A stretch of 64,000 nucleotides of DNA from Candidatus Pampinifervens sinense (GCA_037927135.1 JAXSPP010000004.1:64001-128000); one strand, 5' to 3'; positions 34,001 to 42,982 are shown, counted from the first letter of the stretch. Notes: a model not told the origin generated them from the letters alone. Numbers and translations are program-made.

Positions 34001-34045
34001 AAGAAGCAAAAGCACCAAAAGCCTGTACTTTAAGACCTTCCTCAT
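31016..34045 (-). CDS. CusA/CzcA family heavy-metal efflux RND permease
   Basis: LPIDTFPD, NLMTLGGLAIGIG.FADATVVVVEN, GGQFENQ.RA, RLRPILIT. Confidence 0.92.
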   Translation of the reverse strand: MRKVLKYRLLVLLLLFGVVALGLWSFKKLPIDTFPDPTPVQVIIYTETPGLSAEETELLVTKPIEFVLSGIKDVELVRSVSLPGLSYVSVFFKDGTDIYFARNLVAQKLPEAQAQIPQGYVPRMGPNTSGLGNVLFYALLDEKGNYSLEDLKTIQMWKIRPIIKATDGVEDISQWGPERAYLIRLKPEKMVLYGISLEDVVKALEDYNQIAGGGFLQSPEGDLVVRGLGRLKSIEEVENVPIKKEGGVSLTIKDVAEVLPSELPNRRGVFTLNGQEVQGNIVLKRVQTNTMELVEELKKKLEEVQKILPEGLKVEVLYDQSYLTQKALSTVERALIEGILLVSLAIALYMWNLRVALLVALSVPLTLLITFIFLKNLGISGNLMTLGGLAIGIGLFADATVVVVENIYRHLSERPQANKFSIIVESVSEVLRPVSFAVGIIMLVFLPIFSFESVEGKYYKPLALTIILALFSSLVVAFLFMPVLSYYVIKPGREETYFFKRLRELYLKLLEGAFKIRSLLLTATLGLFLFSLFLLSRIGTEFAPQLEEGALLVKSFLNPNVSMEEAKRVARVVEETALEYPEVVRTFSNIGRAEVGEPEDLSYIETFIILRPAEEWKSFKSRQEFENILRERLEGIPGVEFSFTQPIQMRIDELLSGVKSTVAIKVFGDDLKKINEIAYKIEEIVKGVKGAVDVETEAQSGKLQLRIVPKMEVLKRYNLTTAELMNLVAYALGGREVGYIQQDTILFPLVLGLEKKDLESIKNLPLITKDGNILTLSQVADVEITEGFLKIRRENGMRFALVQSNLQGRDLGGFVKEIKERIAKEVKLPPGYFISFGGQFENQERAMKRLSIVVPLSVLLILLLLYLNYNSLRDALIVILNVPFATIGGVLSLYISGYNLSVPSAVGFIALFGIATLNGVVLISYVRSLLENGYSLKEAVLLGASRRLRPILITATAASLGLLPMLFSKGIGSEVQKPLAVVVIGGIFTSTALTLLILPLVYEKFGRKS

Positions 34046-34049
34046 CTCT

Positions 34050-35078
34050 CTACCTCTCTACCTGAGATTTAAGGAATACAAGACCGCTCATGGCCACCCT
34101 TTCACCTTTTCTTATGCTCCCCTCCACAAGCACCTTGTCCCCCACCTCCTTTACCTTCCTTACCCTTCTTACCTCAAAACCTTCCTTAGTTTTCACAAAG
34201 ACCACATAATCCTCTCCAAGCCTTTGAAGGCTCTGGGCAGGAAGCCAAAGGCCCCTTATATTCCCAAGCTGAAGGTAGACATCCACCATAAGGCCTGGCC
34301 TCAAAAGCTCTTCCCTGTTTTCCACCAAAAGCCTTATGGGAACCCTCTTTGTGTTCTTATCCACCTCCCCCGATATATAATCCACAGTCCCCCAAAGCCT
34401 TTTATCCTTCCAAAGCACATAACCTTTTGTCCCCTTTTTTATCCTATCCACATCCCTTGGGTCCGCATAGGCATATACCCAAAGCCTCTCATAAGACTGG
34501 ATTTTAAACATCTCCTTAGAAGGGTCCACACCGGACCCAACAAAAACACTTTGTTCCACCACATAACCGCTTATGGGGGACCTAACAAATACCTCGTTTT
34601 CCCTTACCTCACCAAAGGACCTAAGGGCCATCAAAAGAGCCTCATACTCCCCCTTTGCCTTCTCATACTCTATCTTTGCACCGTAATACCTGGCATAGGG
34701 AATGACCTCTTCCTTGTATAGCATCTCCTCCCTCCTTAGCGTTTCCTCCGCCGTCTTTAGCCTCACCTTTGCCATCCTTATCTGGGCCTGAAGCTCTGCC
34801 ACCTGTGGAGAGTAGACAGAGGCCAAGGCTTGACCCCTTTTCACAAAATCACCCTGCTTTACAAAAAGCCTTTTCACTATACCAGAGACTGGAGAATGGA
34901 CTTGAGCCACAGAGTTTGAATAATTGCTAACCTGTGCGGGAAGCCTTAGCTCCTCCACCACCTCTTCCTCCTTTACCTCCCAAAGTTTTATGCCAAGCTT
35001 TTTCTCCTTTTCTGGGTCCAGCCTTATAACCTGGGAGAAGGAAAGAATAGGCAAAAGCAAAAGAACCCAAAGCCTCAT
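34050..35078 (-). CDS. RND efflux periplasmic adaptor (CzcB-like)
   Basis: SPVSGIV...V..GD.V, RSPISG.V, LRPGL; between TolC and RND genes. Confidence 0.9.
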   Translation of the reverse strand: MRLWVLLLLPILSFSQVIRLDPEKEKKLGIKLWEVKEEEVVEELRLPAQVSNYSNSVAQVHSPVSGIVKRLFVKQGDFVKRGQALASVYSPQVAELQAQIRMAKVRLKTAEETLRREEMLYKEEVIPYARYYGAKIEYEKAKGEYEALLMALRSFGEVRENEVFVRSPISGYVVEQSVFVGSGVDPSKEMFKIQSYERLWVYAYADPRDVDRIKKGTKGYVLWKDKRLWGTVDYISGEVDKNTKRVPIRLLVENREELLRPGLMVDVYLQLGNIRGLWLPAQSLQRLGEDYVVFVKTKEGFEVRRVRKVKEVGDKVLVEGSIRKGERVAMSGLVFLKSQVER

Positions 35079-36244
35079 AGCTCACCCCCAAGGCTTAAAT
35101 ATTTGGCATACTCCTCGTGTGCCTGCCTTATTAGTTCCAGCCTATACTTTAAAAGCTCCACATACCTTCTCTTTGTCTCTGTAAGCTCCAAAAGGGTTAT
35201 GGTCCTCAGCTTATAGCTCTTTATGGCAAGGCTAAGCTCCTCCTTTGCCCTTGGTATGGTCTGCTTTTCTATCCTTTCTATCTCTTCCAAAAGCTTTTCA
35301 TACCTTGACCTGACAAGCTCATAATCCCTTTTTAAGCTTAGCTCCTCCAGACTTTTCCTAAGCTCCATGCTCCTCCTTTCTGCCAAAAGTTGTAATATTT
35401 CTCCCTCCCTTCTGTAGAATAGTGGAAGAGTGGCAGAAATACCAACTCTGAAGCCATACTCTTGGGAAGAAACCTTTTCTCCAAGCACTGTAAGGCTAAA
35501 CTGGGGCTTGGAAAGTATTCTTTCTACCTCTATGCCCGCCTCCAAGCCCTTTATGGCATATTGGTACTGCCTTAGCCTTGGTGAATTTTCAAAGTTTATC
35601 TCCTTTATGCTGTGTAGCCTGTCAAAGCTTTCTTCCAAGTCCTCCACCCTCTGGCCGATAAGGTAAGAGAGATTTTTTAAGGCGTTCTCATAGTCCCTTT
35701 GGGCCATCTCCAACTCAACCCTTGCCAAATCAAGCTCCCTTTCGGACCTAAAGACCTCCAGCTTGGTGGTCTCTCCAAGTTCAAAAAGCCTTTTTATAAA
35801 ACTGTGAAGCTCTTGGCTTATCTTGTAGTTTTCCTGTGCCACTTTTAATAGTTCTTTCCTGTATAGGGCCATATAGTAGGCCAGATAGACCTCGCTTATC
35901 AAAAGGCTTTTTTCCTGCTCCATCTTTTCAAGGAAGGCCTTCTCTTCGTAATCTACCATCTTTTTGAAGCTTTTCCCAATGGGATAAATACTAAGAGGTT
36001 GAGAGTAAGAAAGGCTGTATATAGGATTTGTTTTGACGCTTTCCTTTGATGTGCCAAAGTTTCCCACTTCTACCTCAAGGCTTGGGTTTAGGTAGGACCT
36101 GTAGGTCATGGCCTTGCCCTTGAACTTGACGCTTTCTTCCTTTAGCGCCTTTAAGGATGGATAGTGCTCCAAAGCCCTATCAATGGCACCCCTTAGGTCT
36201 ATGGCGTAGCACACTTGGATAAGCAAAAGTAGGGCTATTATCAT
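35075..36244 (-). CDS. TolC/CzcC family outer-membrane efflux protein
   Basis: Signal peptide, A...YPSL, helical repeats with ELGETTKLE and YKL..ITLLEL; operon context. Confidence 0.85.
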   Translation of the reverse strand: MIIALLLLIQVCYAIDLRGAIDRALEHYPSLKALKEESVKFKGKAMTYRSYLNPSLEVEVGNFGTSKESVKTNPIYSLSYSQPLSIYPIGKSFKKMVDYEEKAFLEKMEQEKSLLISEVYLAYYMALYRKELLKVAQENYKISQELHSFIKRLFELGETTKLEVFRSERELDLARVELEMAQRDYENALKNLSYLIGQRVEDLEESFDRLHSIKEINFENSPRLRQYQYAIKGLEAGIEVERILSKPQFSLTVLGEKVSSQEYGFRVGISATLPLFYRREGEILQLLAERRSMELRKSLEELSLKRDYELVRSRYEKLLEEIERIEKQTIPRAKEELSLAIKSYKLRTITLLELTETKRRYVELLKYRLELIRQAHEEYAKYLSLGGEL

Positions 36245-36642
36245 GGCGTTTTAATAAGGTGTTCATATACCACAACCCCACCCATCCATCCCTGCAAAAA
36301 TAAAAGCAATACACCAATCAAAAGCATGATTGTAAAAAGGTTCCTCTTCTTATAAAACCTGACAAGGCCAAGGGCCAAAAAGTACAAAGCCAAAAATAGG
36401 CCTAAGGCCTCATGATACTTGAAGATAGATATGCTTTCCAAAAGCTTTTCAACAGGCTCGTGGGCTATTATACCCGATATGCTTCCTCCCACTACCGCCA
36501 AGACAGATAAATAGGTCAAAAGGGCATGCAAGCCATCAAGCTCCCTTTTTGTAATCCTATAATACATATCAACCACAAGCAGAAATGCTGGAAAGGCAAT
36601 GGCAAAATGCACCACTGGTGGATGTAGCTTAATAAGTTCCAT
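36241..36642 (-). CDS. DUF2231 family membrane protein
   Basis: LHPPVVHFAIA, second conserved His (YHE), GWMGG.VVY. Confidence 0.8.
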   Translation of the reverse strand: MELIKLHPPVVHFAIAFPAFLLVVDMYYRITKRELDGLHALLTYLSVLAVVGGSISGIIAHEPVEKLLESISIFKYHEALGLFLALYFLALGLVRFYKKRNLFTIMLLIGVLLLFLQGWMGGVVVYEHLIKTP

Positions 36643-36665
36643 GTTTTAATTTTAACTTACCAAGC

Positions 36666-36681
36666 TTAACATAAACTTAAC
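36666..36681 (-). promoter_or_regulatory. candidate OmpR-family operator GTTAA-N6-GTTAA upstream of the efflux operon
   Basis: TTAAC at 36666 and 36677 (11-nt period), 11 nt from -10 TAAAAT (36649-36654). Confidence 0.6.
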
Positions 36682-37913
36682 CGCAACTTCAAGGAAGCCT
36701 CCACCCTATAGCCTTCTTCTACCCTCTCTTGTCCTATTTTTAAATCACAGCCCATCATCTTACACAGGTTATAAGCCACATAAAGGCCTATGCCCGTATG
36801 CCTTCCCTCAAAGGGCTTAAAAAGAACCCTCTCTTCTACAGGCTTTTCCGAAAGGTTGCTCACCTTTACATAAACATATTCTCCATCCTTTTCCACCCTT
36901 ATATCCACCTTACCATCTTCAATGCCATGCCTTATGGCGTTATCCACAAGCACGCCAAGCACCTCCAAAAGCACATCCCTATCACAATAAGCACAAAGAG
37001 GTTCTTCCCAAAGGTTTAGCCTTATCCTTTTGCCCTCTGGGTCATACAGCCTTACTATGCCTTTTAAAACCTCCTCCAGATTGCACCTTTCCTTCTTTAT
37101 AAGGTCCTGCTGGCTTTCCATTTTGGCCATCCTAAGGAATGTGCTTAGGCTTCTTTCTAGCCTCCACAGCTCTTCATGGATAGTCTTTAGCCTATCATCT
37201 TTATGGGACCTCATGAGGTCTTCCAAAAGAAGAAGGGCAGTAGAGAGGGGAGTTTTTACAGAGTGGCTGAGGGCCAAAAGGATGTTCCTATGCCTTTCTG
37301 CACTCTCCCTTATTTTCTTTATCCCCTCATACACCTTTTCCATAAAGGGCTTTAGCTCTTCATATACCTTTTCATCAAATCTCTGTTCAAAAAGGCTATC
37401 ACTTGCCCTCTTTATAGAATTTAGCAAAGACCTTACGGTAAAAAGGTATATGCCAGCCAAGATGAGAAGGAATGAAAGCCATGATAGGAACAAAAAGACC
37501 TTTAACCTTTCTAAAAACTCCTTTTCTGATGTGAAGTTTACCGCATACTGCACATAAAAGCCGTCCTTCCTTTGGTAGGTTAGCATCCTGTAAAACCTGT
37601 CTCCTACCTTTACAAGTCGTAAATCTGGCATTGTCCAGTCTTTACTAAAGGGTAAAGAGATGTCTTCCGAAACTTCCAAAAGAGTCCCATCGGGCGTCCT
37701 TATGGCATAAAGCTCATAGCCTGGGTGAGGCTCAAAGTCTTTTCCCAAAAAGTAAGATTGTTCAAAGATCCTCGCATCATCCGCTATGTGCCTGTCCACC
37801 GATGCAAGAAGGGCCTTTTCCACCACCATATAAAGCACAAGGCTATAGAAAGCAAAGAGAAGAAGGAGAATTGCAAAAAACAAATTTAGATGAAGCTTTA
37901 TGGACCTTTTCAT
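36666..37913 (-). CDS. sensor histidine kinase
   Basis: Two TM helices, H-box SHSVKTPL, N-box DNAIRHG, G-box GIGL. Confidence 0.9.
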   Translation of the reverse strand: MKRSIKLHLNLFFAILLLLFAFYSLVLYMVVEKALLASVDRHIADDARIFEQSYFLGKDFEPHPGYELYAIRTPDGTLLEVSEDISLPFSKDWTMPDLRLVKVGDRFYRMLTYQRKDGFYVQYAVNFTSEKEFLERLKVFLFLSWLSFLLILAGIYLFTVRSLLNSIKRASDSLFEQRFDEKVYEELKPFMEKVYEGIKKIRESAERHRNILLALSHSVKTPLSTALLLLEDLMRSHKDDRLKTIHEELWRLERSLSTFLRMAKMESQQDLIKKERCNLEEVLKGIVRLYDPEGKRIRLNLWEEPLCAYCDRDVLLEVLGVLVDNAIRHGIEDGKVDIRVEKDGEYVYVKVSNLSEKPVEERVLFKPFEGRHTGIGLYVAYNLCKMMGCDLKIGQERVEEGYRVEASLKLRLSLC

Positions 37914-38560
37914 TCCACCATATACCCCAATCCTTTTACAGATTTTATGATATGCTTTGACCCAAGCTTCTTCCTTATCCTTGAGATAAGCACCTCCAAG
38001 CTGTTGCTATCGGAGTGGTAGTAAAAGACCTTTTCCCTTAGCTCCTCCTTGCTTACATACCTTCCCCTGTTTAGACACAGGTATTCAAGGATGGCATACT
38101 CTCCATGGGTAAGCTTTATCTCCTCCCCTTTCACAAAGACCTTTTTCCTTCCCATATCCAGTCTCAAATCCTCTATCTGTATCACATCGGAAGATCCTCC
38201 ATACCTCCTCCTTATCAAGGCCCTCACCCTTGCCAAAAGCTCTTCAAGATGAAAAGGCTTAGTAAGATAGTCATCCGCACCCAAAGTGAAAAGCTTGACC
38301 TTTTGAGATATATCTCCCATAACAGTTAGCATAAGAATAGGTGTATTGACCCCCTCTTCCCTTAGCCTTTTTACTATCTTATCCCCCTCCAAAGTGGGAA
38401 GAAGAAGGTCCAGAATAATGAGATCAAAGCCTCCACTTAAAGCCAGCTCAAGCCCCCTTTTACCATCCGAAGCCAAGCTGACCCTGTAGCCTTCCCTCTC
38501 AAGGATGCTCTTTAAAGACCTTGCCAGAGAAAGGTCATCCTCTATGAGGAGCACCCTCAA
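37910..38560 (-). CDS. OmpR/PhoB family response regulator
   Basis: IEDD, LDLLLP, GADDYLTKPF, wHTH with LEVLISRIRKKL, VKGLGY. Confidence 0.95.
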   Translation of the reverse strand: MRVLLIEDDLSLARSLKSILEREGYRVSLASDGKRGLELALSGGFDLIILDLLLPTLEGDKIVKRLREEGVNTPILMLTVMGDISQKVKLFTLGADDYLTKPFHLEELLARVRALIRRRYGGSSDVIQIEDLRLDMGRKKVFVKGEEIKLTHGEYAILEYLCLNRGRYVSKEELREKVFYYHSDSNSLEVLISRIRKKLGSKHIIKSVKGLGYMVE

Positions 38561-38847
38561 GGTCTTGGCGTTGCCTCCATTAGCATCTTTTTACGTATTT
38601 CATAATGTTCCCTTCTTTTTTGTTCTTTTACATCCATCATACAAAGCTTCATATCCCTATAGCTTTTTGCCTTCTCCACACACTCTCTTTCCTTGGGAAG
38701 ATACTTCTCCTTTAGCTTTATCTTTTCCAGCATATACACTTTACACTTTTCCCAGTTTTGTTCACACCACTCTTTGTGCATCTTTCCATCCATGGGATGG
38801 GCAAGGCTTACGCTTGTAAGAACCATCAAAAGTAGAAGTTTCTTCAT
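38557..38847 (-). CDS. small exported helical protein (Cys/His/Met-rich)
   Basis: Signal peptide ending SLA, AGGAGG SD, four Cys, overlaps RR start. Confidence 0.75.
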   Translation of the reverse strand: MKKLLLLMVLTSVSLAHPMDGKMHKEWCEQNWEKCKVYMLEKIKLKEKYLPKERECVEKAKSYRDMKLCMMDVKEQKRREHYEIRKKMLMEATPRP

Positions 38848-38884
38848 GGCTTTACCTCCTTAAGTTTAATCTAGAGCCTTTTCC

Positions 38885-38901
38885 TTAACCAAAGATTAAC
38901 C
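38885..38901 (-). promoter_or_regulatory. candidate OmpR-family operator GGTTAA-N5-GGTTAA upstream of the TCS operon
   Basis: TTAACC at 38885 and 38896 (11-nt period), 11 nt from -10-like TAGATT (38868-38873). Confidence 0.6.
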
Positions 38902-38978
38902 ACAAAGGCTGAGCCATATCACTAAAAGAGTGGCTTTTAAGGATTAAAATTTCTCTTTAATTAAATAAGGAGGCAATC

Positions 38979-41156
38979 ATGTGGAGAGTGATATATACTG
39001 GCCAGAGGCCACACTATGAGAACATAGCCCTTGATAGGATCATGCTAGACCTTATGGCAGAGAATAAAATCCCACCAACAATAAGGTTTCTGCAGTTCAA
39101 GCCAGAATGTGTTCTTATAGGCTTCCACCAGGCGGTAGAACAAGAGGTAAGGCTTGAATATACTCAAAGGGAAGGTATAGAGGTGGGAAGGCGTATAACG
39201 GGCGGTGGTGCCATATACTTTGATGAAACCCAGATAGGCTGGGAGGTGATAGCCACAAAGGACCATCTTGGGGACCTAAACTACGAAGAGCTTACAAGGA
39301 AGATATGCACTGGCGTGGCAAAGGGGCTTCAAAAGCTTGGAATAAAGGCGGAGTTCAGGCCAAGGAATGACATAGAGGTGGAGGGAAGGAAGATTTCTGG
39401 CACCGGCGGAGTTTTTGAGGGCAAGGCCTTTTTATACCAAGGCACTGTGCTTATGGATTTTAACGTAGAGAGGATGTTAAAGTCCTTGCAGATACCCGTG
39501 GAAAAGCTAACCTCTAAGGGGATAAAATCTGCAGAGGACAGGGTAGAGTGGGTAAAGAGGGCTTTGGGCTATCTTCCGGAGAAGGAAAAGGTCTTTGAGG
39601 CCATACTCCAAGGGTTAAAGGAGGAGCTAAACATTGACTTCCAATGGGGAGAGCTGACCGATGAGGAGCTGAGGCTCCTTGAAGAAAAGAAGGACTACTT
39701 TAGAAGTGAGGAATGGATATACCATGTAAAGAAGGCTCCCACCGACAGCGAGATGCTCTTTGGTATATACAGGTGTCCAGGTGGAACCTTTAGGGTCTCC
39801 GCCAAGGTGGACCTTCAAAGCAAAGTCTTACAACAGATTATCATAAACGGAGACTTCTTTGTAAGGCCCCAAAGGCTCATATACGACCTTGAGGCCTATC
39901 TAAAGCATACGCCCATAAAAGATGTGGAAAAAAGGATAAGGGAGTTTTTCTCTCAAAGAGAATGGGAAGGTCTAAACCTAAGGGTAGAAGACTTTGTAGA
40001 AGCTGTCTTGTTTCCCCTTAGAAAGATAGAAGGTGTGGAACTTGGCATAGAAAAAAAAAGATTGAATAACATAATAGCCTCTATAGGAGGAGGCCTAATA
40101 GAAAACCTTCAAAAGGCAAAGGTTATGCTCCTTCCTTACTGTGCCAAGCCAAGATGGTGTGATTACAGACACCTTGACGACTGTGGTGAATGTGGTGGAT
40201 GCACCGTGGGCGATGCCTACAGGCTTGCCTACCAAAAGGGTATGATACCCATAACTATAACTTCTTTTGAACTTCTTAGAGACACCCTTCTCTGGTGTGC
40301 CCAAAATGGCTACACCTATGTAGGCCACTGCTGTTATGAGTTTTATGAAAAGAGGTATGAGATATTCAAAAGGGCTGCGGAAGAAGGTGCCAAGGGTGTG
40401 CTTTTTGACATAGTGGGAACCACATGCTACAGCCTTGGAGTGGAAGAGGAGGAAAAAGCCTATCATGGAGAGTTCACTGTGGAGCTGGATCTAATAAAAG
40501 AGGATTTATACAAGAGTCTTTCCGTTAAAGAGGATGTGGAAAAGGTAGAAAGACAAAGGGTTGACTTTGACTTCTCGCCATATCTCTTGGAATTCAAGCC
40601 TAGCTACTACAAAAAGCCAAAGGCTGTGCCTACACCAAAGGAGGATATGACGAGAACTTCTATGCAAAGGGAGGTCTTCTTAGGGGAGGCCACCATTGAG
40701 GAGAAAGCGGTAAGCTATAAAGAGGCTTTGGAGCTTCTTGCCAAATGGATAAAAGAGTCGGAAAGGCCTACCATAGTGCTTGGACCTCTTGTCTTTTGGG
40801 ACTTTGGAGAAAGAGATCTTCAAGAAAAGGCAAAGGCTGTGAGAGACCTTATAGAAAAGGTAGGAAGGTTCAACGTTAAAGTCCTTCCAGATTATAGGCC
40901 AAAGCTGAAAAAGTATGACCCTTCTGTGGAGATGGACCCACCAAACCCCCATCATGCCATCTTACATGGCAAGCATGACCTCACCATCCTTGTGGGAGTC
41001 CATTGCTACAGGACAGACTTTGTTATAAGACTTTTGAGAAAACACACGGATACAAAGATAGCAACCTTGTGTGGCCTATACGGCCATCCTACAGCCCATC
41101 TTTCCACTGCCTTTACCGATGCGCAAAAGATTGAAGACCTGATAAAGCTACTTTAG
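38979..41156 (+). CDS. lipoate--protein ligase fused to Cys-rich DUF116-like and PorD/ForD(CO_dh)-like domains
   Basis: RRITGGGAIY, RNDIEVEGRKISG (LplA core), GDFF (LplB domain), LLPYCAKP..C...CGECGGC..GHCC, C-terminal GPLVFW..PDYRPK..VGVHC..LC..GH. Confidence 0.82.
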   Translation: MWRVIYTGQRPHYENIALDRIMLDLMAENKIPPTIRFLQFKPECVLIGFHQAVEQEVRLEYTQREGIEVGRRITGGGAIYFDETQIGWEVIATKDHLGDLNYEELTRKICTGVAKGLQKLGIKAEFRPRNDIEVEGRKISGTGGVFEGKAFLYQGTVLMDFNVERMLKSLQIPVEKLTSKGIKSAEDRVEWVKRALGYLPEKEKVFEAILQGLKEELNIDFQWGELTDEELRLLEEKKDYFRSEEWIYHVKKAPTDSEMLFGIYRCPGGTFRVSAKVDLQSKVLQQIIINGDFFVRPQRLIYDLEAYLKHTPIKDVEKRIREFFSQREWEGLNLRVEDFVEAVLFPLRKIEGVELGIEKKRLNNIIASIGGGLIENLQKAKVMLLPYCAKPRWCDYRHLDDCGECGGCTVGDAYRLAYQKGMIPITITSFELLRDTLLWCAQNGYTYVGHCCYEFYEKRYEIFKRAAEEGAKGVLFDIVGTTCYSLGVEEEEKAYHGEFTVELDLIKEDLYKSLSVKEDVEKVERQRVDFDFSPYLLEFKPSYYKKPKAVPTPKEDMTRTSMQREVFLGEATIEEKAVSYKEALELLAKWIKESERPTIVLGPLVFWDFGERDLQEKAKAVRDLIEKVGRFNVKVLPDYRPKLKKYDPSVEMDPPNPHHAILHGKHDLTILVGVHCYRTDFVIRLLRKHTDTKIATLCGLYGHPTAHLSTAFTDAQKIEDLIKLL

Positions 41157-41235
41157 AGTTTTTTCCAAAGGCTTGACAGAAAAGCTTATTGGCCTTGCAA
41201 CTTTGCAAAAGCATAAGGCTTATATTAGATAACCC

Positions 41236-42294
41236 ATGATAAGGATCATTGAGCCAAGGTTTTCGGAAGAGGAAAAAGAGATTGTCTTGGAAATTTTAAA
41301 TAGCGGGCACATAACAAGAGGCAAGTGGACAGCCCTATTCCAAGAGGAGTTTGCCAAATACATCGGCGTAAAGCATGTCTTTACCGTGTGTTCTGGAACT
41401 GTGGCCCTCTTTATAGCCCTAAAGGCTTTGAATGTGGAAGGAAGGCATGTGATTGTTCCTGCCATGAGCTTTATGGCCACCATAGATGCGGTCTATTTGG
41501 CGGGAGGCATTCCTGTGGTGGTGGACGTGGATGAATACTACACCATGGATCCAAACCAGCTGGAAGATGCGGTAAAAAGATGCAACCCTAAGGTGGTTAT
41601 CCCCGTTCACCTTTATGGGCAGACGGCGGATATGGATTCAATCATGTGGCTTTCAGAGAAGTATGGCTTTTATGTGCTTGAGGACTCTGCCCAGGCCCAT
41701 GGTGCCCTGTGGAAAGGCAAAAGGGCAGGGTCTTTGGGTCATCTTTCGGCCTTTAGCTTTTACGCCTCTAAAAACATTCCCATGGGAGAAGGTGGTGCCA
41801 TAGCTACCAACGATGATGGGCTTGCCCAAGAGATAAAAAAATGGATAGACTTTGGAGATCATCCTGCCTTCAATGTAAGGATTACGGAATTTCAAGCGGG
41901 AATTGGCTATGTGCAACTCAAAAAAGTAGAAGAAAACAACAGAAGGAGAAGGGAGATAGCTTCAAAGTATAGGCAATGTTTAAATGGGGGCTTTATTCAT
42001 CCGGAAGAGAGGGAAGGAGCTTACCATGTTTATCATCTTTATACCCTCAGGCATCCAGATAGGGATAAGATAGTTAGAGGTCTAAAGGAGAGGGGGATAG
42101 ACGCAAGGGTATATTATCCCTATCTACTTCATGAGCTAAGAGATGCAAAGCACTTGCCTACTCCAAGGGCGGAAAGCTTTAAAAAGGAAGTTTTTTCCAT
42201 ACCAGTCCATCCATACCTTACAGAGGAGGAGGTAAATTTTGTTATTGATTCTCTTCTCTCTTTGGCACAGTTAGCTCCGCACCCCTTATGTTGA
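41236..42294 (+). CDS. DegT/DnrJ/EryC1/StrS family PLP aminotransferase
   Basis: SGTVAL, PVHLYG, EDSAQAHG, FSFYASKN..GEGG. Confidence 0.92.
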   Translation: MIRIIEPRFSEEEKEIVLEILNSGHITRGKWTALFQEEFAKYIGVKHVFTVCSGTVALFIALKALNVEGRHVIVPAMSFMATIDAVYLAGGIPVVVDVDEYYTMDPNQLEDAVKRCNPKVVIPVHLYGQTADMDSIMWLSEKYGFYVLEDSAQAHGALWKGKRAGSLGHLSAFSFYASKNIPMGEGGAIATNDDGLAQEIKKWIDFGDHPAFNVRITEFQAGIGYVQLKKVEENNRRRREIASKYRQCLNGGFIHPEEREGAYHVYHLYTLRHPDRDKIVRGLKERGIDARVYYPYLLHELRDAKHLPTPRAESFKKEVFSIPVHPYLTEEEVNFVIDSLLSLAQLAPHPLC

Positions 42295-42982
42295 GTATAA
42301 CTATCTCCACCCTTCTGTTTTGAGCCCTACCCTCTGGTGTAGCATTGGAAACCAAAGGTCTCGTATCCGCATAGCCAGAAGCCTTTAACCTTTCTGAGTT
42401 TATACCTCTTGATATGAAGTATCTCACTATTGAGCTTGCCCTTGCAGTAGAAAGCTCCCAGTTGGAGGGAAACCTTTCGGTAGATATGGGTATGTTGTCT
42501 GTGTGTCCTTCCACCTCCACAGGGTTTGGAAGGTCCTTGATTATCTCATAAATCTTGTCCAATATAGGTCTCATCTCCGGCTTTATGTCCGCACTTCCCG
42601 AATCAAAAAGAAGTTTTTCTTGAAGTATAAGCCTAATGCCTATGGCCTCATAGGCTATCTTAAACTCACCTTCTAGACCAAGCTTTTTAAGCATCTCTTG
42701 GAGCTCTTGAAGTTGTCTAAGTATCCTTCTTCCCCTCTCCGTTGGTTCAGCCTTTTTTAACACTGGCTCTGGCAATATCTGTTTTGGAAGCGTCTCTTGA
42801 AAGGGCACAAACCTCATACCAAAAGCCCTCGCAAAGGCTTGAGCATACTCTAAGGCTGCTTGCTTGCCCGCTTGAGCCATGGCAAAGAGGGCGATAAAGA
42901 GACAAAGAAGTAATGTAAGAAAGTCTGCATAGGGTATGGCCCACCTTTCGGAAACCTCTTCTGGACACTTTTTCTTCTTCAT
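42242..42982 (-). CDS. motB: flagellar stator protein MotB
   Basis: WAIPYADFLTLLLCLFIALFA, OmpA-like EGHTD, NWELS.ARA, NRRVEI. Confidence 0.95.
   Translation of the reverse strand: MKKKKCPEEVSERWAIPYADFLTLLLCLFIALFAMAQAGKQAALEYAQAFARAFGMRFVPFQETLPKQILPEPVLKKAEPTERGRRILRQLQELQEMLKKLGLEGEFKIAYEAIGIRLILQEKLLFDSGSADIKPEMRPILDKIYEIIKDLPNPVEVEGHTDNIPISTERFPSNWELSTARASSIVRYFISRGINSERLKASGYADTRPLVSNATPEGRAQNRRVEIVILNIRGAELTVPKREENQ

Noticed and set aside
33933-34721. 262-aa plus-strand ORF
   Set aside because: Antisense shadow of the RND adaptor and permease genes, with Pro/Leu/His-rich composition typical of reverse frames here and no motif
41157-41235. Possible tRNA or small RNA in the 79-nt gap
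   Set aside because: No cloverleaf or TTC T-loop; looks like promoter sequence with short palindromes
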